Source of the DNA: an uncultured delta proteobacterium
GTDB taxonomy: Bacteria; Myxococcota; Myxococcia; Myxococcales; Myxococcaceae
NCBI GenBank assembly: GCA_963796055.1
Contig: CAWCKH010000004.1
Coordinates: forward strand, 1,216,001 to 1,280,000
Length of the DNA: 64,000 bases
Direction: 5' to 3'
The notes beneath the pieces were generated by a model, which worked only from the letters and a program-made list of their open reading frames with translations, searched no databases and was not told the origin of the DNA. Both the position numbers and the translations under genes were made by a program. This document shows positions 28,419 to 37,030 of the stretch, in pieces; within the stretch, counting starts at the first letter, position 1; every line of letters starts with the position of its first letter.

Positions 28419-28945
28419 AGTGCCACGCGGAGAGCGGCGCGGTGGCGCCCATCGGCCCGAAGACCCACTGGCTGAACGCCGACTACGCTTACCCCGAGGG
28501 TACCGAGAACCAGCTCACCCACTGGTCGCGGATCGGCATCCTCTCCGGGGCACCGGATCCGGCGAACGCGCCGAGGCTGCCGGCGGCGGCCGATCCGGAC
28601 GCGGGCACGGTGGAGCAGCGCGCGCGGTCATACCTCGAGGCCAACTGTGGCTTCTGTCACAACCCCACCGGGAACGCGCGGGCGAGCGGCCTCTACCTCC
28701 GGGCCGACGTGACCGACCCGAACCAGCTCGGGATCTGCAAGCGTCCCGTCGCCGCGGGCCCCGGTGCTGGAGGACGCCCCCACGACATCACGCCGGGCAG
28801 CCCGGACGCGTCGGTCGTCACCTACCGGATCGAGTCCACCTCGCCGGCTTCGGCGATGCCGCAGATCGGCCGGAGCGTGGTGGACACCCACGGTGTCGCG
28901 CTGATCAACCAGTGGATCAGCGAGATGTCCGGCACGTGTGACTGA
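28412..28945 (+). pseudogene. 5'-truncated SO2930-like diheme c-type cytochrome
   Basis: In-frame CEQCH (28412) and CGFCH, PIGPK, ENQLTHW, RARSYLEAN, MPQIGRSVV. An in-frame stop at 28310 and no start before the first heme motif; no signal peptide. Confidence 0.7.
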
Positions 28946-29097
28946 GGGGGCGCTCTCGCGGCGCTGACCCAGCAGCCGTTCCCGGGGTCGGCCAGGAGCG
29001 TCCTCGACAACCGTGGACTGTCCAGCGGACAGCCGGAGATGCACCCGGCCCTCGCCGGTTGCCTGCAGACCGGGGATCGGGCAGAGCACTGCCCCTC

Positions 29098-31323
29098 ATG
29101 TTCGTCGCCCTGGCCCGCGCCGTCTCCCGGCATCGCCTGCTGGTCCTCGCCGGCACCCTCGCGGTGCTGGTGCTGGCGGCGCTGAGCCTGCTCCGCGGCG
29201 GGAGCCTCACCAGCGGGACCATCGAGGGGACCGAGTCCGTCCGGGCGGCGGCGCTGGCCCGCGGTGCCGCCGCTGCCGACACCGACACCAGCGTCGTGGC
29301 GCTCTTCACTCACGCCTCGCTCCCGGCGACGGACCCGGTGTTCCAGGGAGCGCTGGGGCTCCAGCTGGAAAAGGTGAGCGACCGGCCCGAGGTGGAGGGC
29401 GTCGTCTCCCTGCTCAGCGCGCCCGAGCAGGCGCGGGCGCGCTTCATCTCCCGGGACGGAAGGACCGCGCTGGTGCTGGTCCGGCTGAAGGGCGAGGAGA
29501 AGGCGGCGGTTCGCGCCTTCCCGGCGGTGAAGGCGGCGCTGCGCGACGGGCCCTTCCAGGTCGCGGTCACCGGGAAGCCGGCGTTCCTCACCGACCTCAA
29601 CGCCGAGCTGGAGGGTGACCTGCTCCGCGCCGAGCTCCTCTCCTTCCCGCTCGCGCTGGTGGTGCTGATCTGGGTGTTCCGGACCCTGGTCGCCGCGCTG
29701 CTCCCCCTCGTGGTCGGCGGGCTGGCGGTGCTGGCCGGTGTGGCGGCGGTGCTCGCGCTCTCGCACCACCTGGACATGGCCCAGTACACGCTCAACGTGG
29801 TGACCCTGATCGGCCTCGGGGTGGCCATCGATTACTCCCTGTTCATGGTCAGCCGGTTCCGGGCCGAGCTGCTCGCGGGCGCGACGGTGGAGGCCGCGCT
29901 CGAGCGGACCGTGGACACGGCCGGGCGGGCGGTGGCGTTCTCCGGGCTCGCGGTCGCCGTCGGGCTGTCGGGGCTGCTCTTCTACCGGGGCTCCTTCCTC
30001 GCGGCGATGGGGCTGGGAGGCGCGATCGTGGTGGCGTTCGCGGTCCTCTTCGCGCTCACCACCTTGCCGGCGCTGCTGGGCTGGCTCGGCCCGCGGGTGG
30101 ACCTCGGCCGGGTGCCGCTTCCGGAGTTCGGGCTCCGTCCGGGGATGTGGCGCCGGCTGGCGAGCTGGGTGATGGACCATCCCCTCCGGGTGCTCGTGCC
30201 CACCCTGGGCTTCATCGCCCTGCTGGGCTGGCCTTTCTTCCGCCTCCAGACCGCCGGGACGGACATCACCGCGCTGCCCGAATCGGCCGAGTCTCGCCAG
30301 GGAGCGGGGGCGCTGGCGCGTGCCTTCCCCGAGCAGGCCGCGACGCGCATCCTGGTGGCGGTGAGGTTCCCCGGCCCGCCCTTCACGCCCGAGCGGGTCG
30401 GAGCGCTCTACGACGCGACCCGGCGCTGGGCGAAGGTTCCCGGCGTCCTGGGCGTCGAGAGCATCGTGGACCTCGACCCGAACGTGACCCGCGAGCAGTA
30501 CCTCCAGCTCGCCAGCGCGGGGCCGGCGTTTCGCCCGCCGGAGTTCGCGCAGGCGGAGGCCGCGTACCTGCACGACGACGTGGCGGTGGCGGTGGTGCTC
30601 ACCTCGGCGCCGGCCTCGAGCCCGGAAGCCCGGCGACTGGTCCTGGCACTGCGGCAGGACCGCACGGTGGGGGATGGGCAGGCGCTGGTGGGAGGGCAGA
30701 CCGCGAGCGACGTGGACTCCACCGCCTTCATCCTCGGACGGGCGCCGCAGGTGGTGGGCTTCGTGGTGCTGGTCACCCTGGTGGCGCTCTTCGTCCTGCT
30801 CGGCTCGGTGTTGCTCCCGATCAAGGCGGTGGTGATGAACTTCCTCTCCATCGCCGCGAGCTTCGGGGCGCTGGTTTGGATATTCCAGGAAGGTCACCTT
30901 CGCTGGCTGCTCGACTTCCAGCCCGGCCCGCTCGAGCCGGCGCTCCCGGTGCTCCTCTTCTGCACCCTGTTCGGCCTGTCGATGGACTACGAGGTCCTGA
31001 TGCTGTCGCGGATGCGCGAGGAGTGGATCCGCACCCACGACAACCGGCACAGCGTGGCCGAGGGGCTGGAGCAGACCGGGAGCCTCATCACCAGCGCCGC
31101 GGCGATCATGGTCGCGGTGTTCGCCGCCTTCGCCCTGGCCCGCATCCTGGTGGTGAAGGCGATGGGGGTGGGGATGGCGATCGCCGTCGCCCTCGATGCC
31201 ACGCTGGTGCGCGTGCTGATCGTCCCTGCCACCATGCGCCTCTTCCGGGACGCGAACTGGTGGGCGCCGCGGGCACTGCAACGGCTGACCCTGGCGGCAC
31301 ACGGAGAGAGGAGCACCCCATGA
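29098..31323 (+). CDS. MMPL-family (RND superfamily) lipid transporter
   Basis: GLGVAIDYSLFMVSRFRAE and FGLSMDYEVLMLSRMREE (paired DY motifs); ANWWAP terminus. Confidence 0.92.
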   Translation: MFVALARAVSRHRLLVLAGTLAVLVLAALSLLRGGSLTSGTIEGTESVRAAALARGAAAADTDTSVVALFTHASLPATDPVFQGALGLQLEKVSDRPEVEGVVSLLSAPEQARARFISRDGRTALVLVRLKGEEKAAVRAFPAVKAALRDGPFQVAVTGKPAFLTDLNAELEGDLLRAELLSFPLALVVLIWVFRTLVAALLPLVVGGLAVLAGVAAVLALSHHLDMAQYTLNVVTLIGLGVAIDYSLFMVSRFRAELLAGATVEAALERTVDTAGRAVAFSGLAVAVGLSGLLFYRGSFLAAMGLGGAIVVAFAVLFALTTLPALLGWLGPRVDLGRVPLPEFGLRPGMWRRLASWVMDHPLRVLVPTLGFIALLGWPFFRLQTAGTDITALPESAESRQGAGALARAFPEQAATRILVAVRFPGPPFTPERVGALYDATRRWAKVPGVLGVESIVDLDPNVTREQYLQLASAGPAFRPPEFAQAEAAYLHDDVAVAVVLTSAPASSPEARRLVLALRQDRTVGDGQALVGGQTASDVDSTAFILGRAPQVVGFVVLVTLVALFVLLGSVLLPIKAVVMNFLSIAASFGALVWIFQEGHLRWLLDFQPGPLEPALPVLLFCTLFGLSMDYEVLMLSRMREEWIRTHDNRHSVAEGLEQTGSLITSAAAIMVAVFAAFALARILVVKAMGVGMAIAVALDATLVRVLIVPATMRLFRDANWWAPRALQRLTLAAHGERSTP

Positions 31324-32510
31324 ACACCGCCCTGGTCGCGCTGGCTGCCCTCTCGTTGCTCCTCCTGGTCGAGGGGCACGTGCGGCTCAGCCGCGTCCTC
31401 GCCCGGCGCCCGGCACCGCCTCCGTTCCCGGCGACCGCGCCCTCCATCACCGTCATCCGTCCGGTGAAGGGGCTGGACACCGGGGCGGAGGACAACACCC
31501 GCGCCGTTCTGGAGATGGACTACCCGGGGCAGCTCGAGCTGCTCTTCGTCGTCGACTCGGCGGAGGATCCGGCGTACCCGGTCATCCAGCGCCTCATCGC
31601 CGAGCAGCCCACCAGCGCCCGGCGGGTGGAGGTCCTCTTCTCCGGCTCGCCCCCGCAGGGCTGCACCGGGAAGCTGAACGCGATGCTGGTGGGCGTTGCC
31701 GCGGCCACCGGGGAGCTGCTGGCCTTCAACGACTCGGACAGCCGCCCGACGAGAGATCTTCTGGGCCGGCTCGTCTCCGAGCTGCTCGCCCGGCCCGACT
31801 GCGGCTGCACCTTCGTACCGGTGGTGGGCTCGGCCGATGCCCCCACCGCCGGCGACGTGGCCTACGGGCTGCTGATGAATGCCTGGTATGGCCCCACCGT
31901 CGCCTGGGCCGCCGAGCCGAGAGGCGAGCTGGACTTCATCATGGGGCAACTCATGGTGTGCCGGCGCCAGGCTCTCGACGCGGTGGGCGGGGTCGGCGTG
32001 GCCGAGGGCCAGTTCGTCGACGACATGTTCATCGGCCGTGCGCTGTGGAGGGCGGGCTGGAAGAACGTGGTCATCGAGGCGCCGATGCGGATCGTCATCG
32101 GCGGCATGGGCCCCTTCGAGTTCTTCCGGACCTTCCGCCGGTGGATGCTCTTCGGCGAGGGGGGCCTGTCCTTTCGCTTCACCTGGCCCAACTGGGTGCG
32201 CGGCATCGCCTGCTGGATCGCCTGGGCGGTGCTGTGCGTCGCCCTCGCCACGGGGAATCTCGCCGCCGCGTCCCTGGCGCTGGTCTCCATCGGCTTCTCG
32301 GTCTGGACCCAGGCTTCGCTGCAGCGCGCGTCCCGGGGCCCGCGCATCGCCCTGCACCAGCTCTGGGTTCCGGCGGTCCTCCCGCTGCTGGCGGGGGTGG
32401 TGGCCCTCGCCGCCCGGGTCGACCGGCGGGTCGACTGGCGAGGCCGGAGCTACGAGCTGGACGGCGAGGCGCGGCTCGGGGCGAGCGGCTCGCCTGCGGC
32501 AGGGGCGTGA
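31320..32510 (+). CDS. GT21-like glycosyltransferase (ceramide glucosyltransferase/HpnI-like)
   Basis: N-terminal TM, IRPVKGLD, DSAEDPA, GKLNAM, NDSDS, FVDD, RRW, C-terminal TMs and VDWRGRSY; ATGA-coupled to the MMPL gene. Confidence 0.8.
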   Translation: MNTALVALAALSLLLLVEGHVRLSRVLARRPAPPPFPATAPSITVIRPVKGLDTGAEDNTRAVLEMDYPGQLELLFVVDSAEDPAYPVIQRLIAEQPTSARRVEVLFSGSPPQGCTGKLNAMLVGVAAATGELLAFNDSDSRPTRDLLGRLVSELLARPDCGCTFVPVVGSADAPTAGDVAYGLLMNAWYGPTVAWAAEPRGELDFIMGQLMVCRRQALDAVGGVGVAEGQFVDDMFIGRALWRAGWKNVVIEAPMRIVIGGMGPFEFFRTFRRWMLFGEGGLSFRFTWPNWVRGIACWIAWAVLCVALATGNLAAASLALVSIGFSVWTQASLQRASRGPRIALHQLWVPAVLPLLAGVVALAARVDRRVDWRGRSYELDGEARLGASGSPAAGA

Positions 32511-33844
32511 GGCGCCGGGAGCGCGAGGAGCCGGTCCTCGACCGCCCCGGCCATCGCAGTGCGGAGGTGCGGGAGGGCCGAGGCGACCAGGAGGGTTCCG
32601 GCGCGAATCGCCCGGTGCGGACCCCGGACCGCGCGCACCCCGCCGGAGCCCAGCGCAACCAGCCCGTGCGCCACGACCCGCGCGTACTCCCGCGCCATGA
32701 CCGACATGCGGGTCTCGCGCGTGGAGAGCAGGGTCATGGAGATCCGCGTCCCGGTGGGCGAGCGCTCCCAGTAGCGGAAGAGCCCGCTGCGGAGCGCCGC
32801 CATCTCGGTGGTGTCGCTGCAGAAGGCCTCGTACAGCGCCGAGGCCAGGGCGATGCGGGTCCGGTTCGCCGGCCGGCGCGCCCGGGCGTAGGCGGCGAGC
32901 GCCAGGGGAACGTCGTTGCTCGCCTCGCTCATCGCGCGGTGGAGCACACGGGCATCGCGCACCGCCGAGGCCATGCCGCTGGCGCTCAAGGGATGGCAGC
33001 AGCCCGCGGCGTCACCCACCAGCACCACGTGACCCTGGTAGACGTGGTCCATGATGCGGGTGTCGTTCGAGGCCACCAGCGGCGGCTCCCGCTGCAACGC
33101 ATCGAGGACCGCTTGCCGCAGCGGCTCGGAGACTCCGGAGAGGATCGCCGGCTCGGTCCGGACCCGGTCGGGCGCGGAGCCGAGCGGCAAGTCCAGCATC
33201 ACCCGGGCCCGGGTCTCCGAGATGGGGTAGGCCAGCACCGGCGCCGGTCCGCCGATGAAGAGGTGCCCGCGACCACGGTGCGGGAGCTTCGCCGCGTCCA
33301 CCAGCACGCCGACCATCGTGGAGAGCCGGTGGTGCCGCTCGGCGATGCCCAGGGCGCGCCGGAGCGGCGAGGCCCGCCCGTCGGCGGCGACCAGCAGCCG
33401 GGCGCGTACTCGCTCGGAGCGCCCCTCGTGCGAGAGGGTGGCCTCCACGCCGTCCGGACCGTCCGAGAGCAGGCCGACCCGGGTCTTCCGGCGGACCTCG
33501 ACATCGCCCCGCCTCTCGAGGATGTCCAGGAGCGGAGCGATCAGCGCGTGGTGCTCGATGCCCAGCCCGCGGTTGCCAGGGCCGTAGGGGAGCAGCGCGG
33601 TGCGGTCGTCGTCCACGACGGCGAACCCGATGATCGGCGCGCCGCCGAAGCGCAGAGCCTCGGAGAAGCCGAAGGCGGTCAGCTCCTCCACACCCACCGG
33701 ATGGAGCAGCTCGCCAGCCAGCTGCTTCTTGCGGTCCTGGCCCGCATCGGCCAGCAGGGTGCGCAGGCCCAGCTGAGCCATGGCCGCGGCGGTGGTACAC
33801 CCCGCGGGGCCACCTCCAGCGACCAGCACATCGACTTCCAGCAA
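32450..33844 (-). CDS. Squalene epoxidase (FAD monooxygenase)
   Basis: GGGPAG, AGELLHP, AADG, GDAAGCCHPLSASGM, LASALYEAF; GGAGG before the TTG start; adjacent to SQS and OSC. Confidence 0.85.
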   Translation of the reverse strand: MLEVDVLVAGGGPAGCTTAAAMAQLGLRTLLADAGQDRKKQLAGELLHPVGVEELTAFGFSEALRFGGAPIIGFAVVDDDRTALLPYGPGNRGLGIEHHALIAPLLDILERRGDVEVRRKTRVGLLSDGPDGVEATLSHEGRSERVRARLLVAADGRASPLRRALGIAERHHRLSTMVGVLVDAAKLPHRGRGHLFIGGPAPVLAYPISETRARVMLDLPLGSAPDRVRTEPAILSGVSEPLRQAVLDALQREPPLVASNDTRIMDHVYQGHVVLVGDAAGCCHPLSASGMASAVRDARVLHRAMSEASNDVPLALAAYARARRPANRTRIALASALYEAFCSDTTEMAALRSGLFRYWERSPTGTRISMTLLSTRETRMSVMAREYARVVAHGLVALGSGGVRAVRGPHRAIRAGTLLVASALPHLRTAMAGAVEDRLLALPAPHAPAAGEPLAPSRASPSSS

Positions 33845-33935
33845 GGCTGCGATTCCTCCCCGGCCCTTCTTCGGGCCTTCTTATAGAGTGCGCCCCGCCT
33901 CGGCGCATCTTCCGTGGTGTTCCACTGGGTGTCTC

Positions 33936-34976
33936 GTGACTGGACCCGAAGACTTCTGCCGTCGCGCTCTGCCGGAGGTATCTCGCACCTTCGCGCTCAA
34001 CATCCCGGTCCTCCCCGCACCGCTGGACCTGGTGGTCACCGTCGCCTACCTACTCTGCCGCATCGCCGACACGCTCGAGGACGAGGCCCGAGGACAGGTG
34101 TCGGAACGCGCCGAGCTGTTTCACACGCTCGGACGACTGGTGAAGCTCGAGCCCGGCTGGGAGGAGCGGGCGGCAGAGTTTGCGCGCCGCTCGGTCGCGG
34201 CGCTCCGGACCTCGGCCCCTTCCGCCGAGGTCCAGCTGGTCCAGGGAACGCCCACCGTCCTGGAGGCCATGCGCGGGCTGCCCGACTGGACCCACCGCCA
34301 CATCGCCGCCTGCGTGGGCGAGATGACCGACGGAATGGCCCAGGTGATGGTGGATCTCGACGGCGGGGCGCCCCAGGGGCTGCCGGATCTCCGGGATACC
34401 CTGCAGTACTGCTACTACGTCGCAGGAACGGTTGGGGTGATGCTCACCGGGCTCTTCGTCGACGGCTTCGACTCGGTGCGGCCCCGCGGCTCCGAGCTCG
34501 AGCCGCGGGCACCGGCGTTCGGGCGGGCCCTCCAGCTCACCAACATCCTGAAGGACATCCGCGAGGATCTGGACCGCGGCTTCTGCTGGCTGCCGCGCAC
34601 GGTGATGGCCAGGCACGGGCTCTCGCCGGGCAACCTCGTCCACCCCGAGCGCCGGAACGCCGCGGTGGCCATGCTCGATGATCTGGTCGCGGTGGCCCGC
34701 CGCGAGTGCGACGTGTCGTTCGAGTACTCGCTCCTCTTGCCGCGCTCGGAGCCCGGGCTGCGACTGTTCTGCCTCTGGCCGCTGCTCTTCGCCTTGCGGA
34801 CCCTGGGGGCGCTGGCGCACAACCCGGCGGTCTTCGAGCCCGCTCCGGTGAAGATCGACCGGCAGACCGTGATGCGGATCATGGTCCTCACCCGCGAGAG
34901 CGTCGGCGACGATCGGGCGCTGGAGGCGCTCTATGCCGAGTGTGCCCGCGGCCTCCCCGAGGCGCGCGCCACATGA
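33936..34976 (+). CDS. Squalene synthase
   Basis: VSRTFA, YLLCRIADTLED, YCYYVAGTVG, LQLTNILKDIRED. Confidence 0.87.
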   Translation: MTGPEDFCRRALPEVSRTFALNIPVLPAPLDLVVTVAYLLCRIADTLEDEARGQVSERAELFHTLGRLVKLEPGWEERAAEFARRSVAALRTSAPSAEVQLVQGTPTVLEAMRGLPDWTHRHIAACVGEMTDGMAQVMVDLDGGAPQGLPDLRDTLQYCYYVAGTVGVMLTGLFVDGFDSVRPRGSELEPRAPAFGRALQLTNILKDIREDLDRGFCWLPRTVMARHGLSPGNLVHPERRNAAVAMLDDLVAVARRECDVSFEYSLLLPRSEPGLRLFCLWPLLFALRTLGALAHNPAVFEPAPVKIDRQTVMRIMVLTRESVGDDRALEALYAECARGLPEARAT

Positions 34977-36910
34977 CGGCCCCGAGGACCCGCGCCGACC
35001 CCTCCCCCGTCGACCGGGGGCTGGAGGTGCTCGCCGCCACCCAGGACCCGGGCGGCTCCTGGAAGGGGGACTACGGCGGACCGCTCTTCCTGGTGCCGGT
35101 GTACGTGGCGGGGCTCGAGCTGCTCGGGCGCCCCCCGGATGAGGCGACGCGGGACGGTTTCATCACCTACCTGCGGGGCCACCAGAACGCGGACGGCGGC
35201 TGGGGGCTCGACGTCGAGTCGCACAGCCACGTGTTCACCTCGGTGCTGGTCTACGTGACCCTTCGGTTGCTCGGCGTCACGGCGGAGGACCCGCAGCTGC
35301 AGCGGGCGCGGGCGTGGTTCCTGCCGCACGGCGGACCGCTGTCGAGCGGCTCGTGGGGAAAGTTCATCCTTTCGATGCTCGGACTCTACGAGTACCAGGG
35401 CCTGGTCCCGGTTCCGCCCGAGCTGTGGTTGCTCCCCGAGTCGCTGCCCCTGCACCCCTCGAAGCTCTGGTGCCACTGCCGGATGGTGTACCTGCCGATG
35501 AGCTGGCTGTACGGGCGGCGGGTGCGGGCACGGGAGACGCCGCTGCTCGCGGCCATTCGCCGGGAGATCTACGCCCAGCCCTACGAGACGGTGGACTGGC
35601 CTGCGGCGCACGAGCGGGTGGCGGAGACCGACGCCTACACTCCGCGGACCTCGTACCTCCGGGCGGCGAACGGGGTGCTCAGGCTGTGGGAGCGGTTCGC
35701 GCCGGCGGGCGCGCGCGAGCGGGCGCTGGCGGTGGTCCTCGACCAGATCCGCCGCGAGGATCAGGCCACCAACTTCATCTGCATCGGGCCGATCAACAAG
35801 GTGCTGAACACCGTGGTCTGGCACCTGGTCCGGCCCGGGGGGCCCGAGGTCGAGGCGCACGTGAAGCGCCTGCCGGACTACCTCTGGCGCGCGCCCGACG
35901 GGCTGAAGATGCAGGGCTACAACTCCTCGGAGCTCTGGGACACCGCGTTCGCGGTGCAGGGCATCCTCGCCACCGGCCAGGCCGAACGGATGAGGCCGGC
36001 GCTCGAGAAGGCCGCGCGCTACCTCGAGTCGAGCCAGGTGCTGGAGGACGTGCCGGAGATGGAGAAGGGCTTCCGGCACCGGAGCCGCGGCGGATGGCCG
36101 TTCTCCACCCGCGCCCACGGCTGGCCGATCAGCGACTGCACCGCCGAGGGCCTCAAGGCCTCGCTCCTGCTGGAAGCGGTGGGGATGAACCAGGTCCCCC
36201 GGGCGCGGCTGCGCGAGGCGGTGGAGGAGATCCTCTCGCTGCAGAACGCGGACGGCGGCTGGGCGACGTACGAGCTGCAGCGCGGGCCGAGGTGGCTCGA
36301 GGCGCTGAATCCCTCGGACGTCTTCTCCACCATCATGGTGGACGTCTCCTACGTCGAGTGCACCGCGGCGTGCGTCCAGGCCCTCGCGGCGTGGCGCGCG
36401 TTCGCCCCCGAGGACGCGCGCCGGCTCCAGCAGCCCATCCGCAGCGGCGAGCGCTTCCTCCGCAAGGTGCAGCGCGCCGACGGCTCGTGGGAGGGCAGCT
36501 GGGGGGTGTGCTTCAGCTACGGCGCGTGGTTCGGCACCGCGGGGCTCGTCGCGGCGGGAGCGCGGCCGGACGACCCGGCGCTCCGGCGGGCGGCGGAGTT
36601 CCTCGAGACACGGCAGCGGCCCGACGGGAGCTGGAGCGAAACGCTCGAGTCCAACCGGCAGCGACGCTGGGTGGACGGGCCGCGCGGGCACGCGGTGCAG
36701 ACCTCCTGGGCACTGCTGGCGCTGGCGGCGTGCGGCCGGCGCGACTCCGAGGCGGTGCGACGGGGCGTGGCCTGGCTCCGCGCGCAGCAGGGCGAGGACG
36801 GCCGCTGGCCGGACCAGCCCATCACCGGAGTCTTCAACCGGACCTGCGCGGTCCACTACGACATCTACCTGCGCCTGTTTCCGGTCTGGGCGCTGGCGGT
36901 GTGCGGCTAA
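34973..36910 (+). CDS. Oxidosqualene cyclase, predicted cycloartenol synthase
   Basis: DCTAE catalytic motif (not DXDD), DYGGPLFL, WCHCRMVYLPM, MQGYN, HGWPISDCTAE, QW repeats. Confidence 0.93.
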   Translation: MTAPRTRADPSPVDRGLEVLAATQDPGGSWKGDYGGPLFLVPVYVAGLELLGRPPDEATRDGFITYLRGHQNADGGWGLDVESHSHVFTSVLVYVTLRLLGVTAEDPQLQRARAWFLPHGGPLSSGSWGKFILSMLGLYEYQGLVPVPPELWLLPESLPLHPSKLWCHCRMVYLPMSWLYGRRVRARETPLLAAIRREIYAQPYETVDWPAAHERVAETDAYTPRTSYLRAANGVLRLWERFAPAGARERALAVVLDQIRREDQATNFICIGPINKVLNTVVWHLVRPGGPEVEAHVKRLPDYLWRAPDGLKMQGYNSSELWDTAFAVQGILATGQAERMRPALEKAARYLESSQVLEDVPEMEKGFRHRSRGGWPFSTRAHGWPISDCTAEGLKASLLLEAVGMNQVPRARLREAVEEILSLQNADGGWATYELQRGPRWLEALNPSDVFSTIMVDVSYVECTAACVQALAAWRAFAPEDARRLQQPIRSGERFLRKVQRADGSWEGSWGVCFSYGAWFGTAGLVAAGARPDDPALRRAAEFLETRQRPDGSWSETLESNRQRRWVDGPRGHAVQTSWALLALAACGRRDSEAVRRGVAWLRAQQGEDGRWPDQPITGVFNRTCAVHYDIYLRLFPVWALAVCG

Positions 36911-37030
36911 ACCCGGTTCCTCGCCAGGGCCTGGACGCACTTCGCTGCACCGGGGGGACATCCGGCCGGGGACCATGAAAGCGTTGGGAGCCGAGAGCGT
37001 CGTGTCTGCCGACCCTCGCGAGGACCTCCC

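Noticed and set aside
34973..36910. Squalene-hopene cyclase interpretation
   Set aside because: The motif is DCTAE rather than DXDD, and a squalene epoxidase is adjacent.
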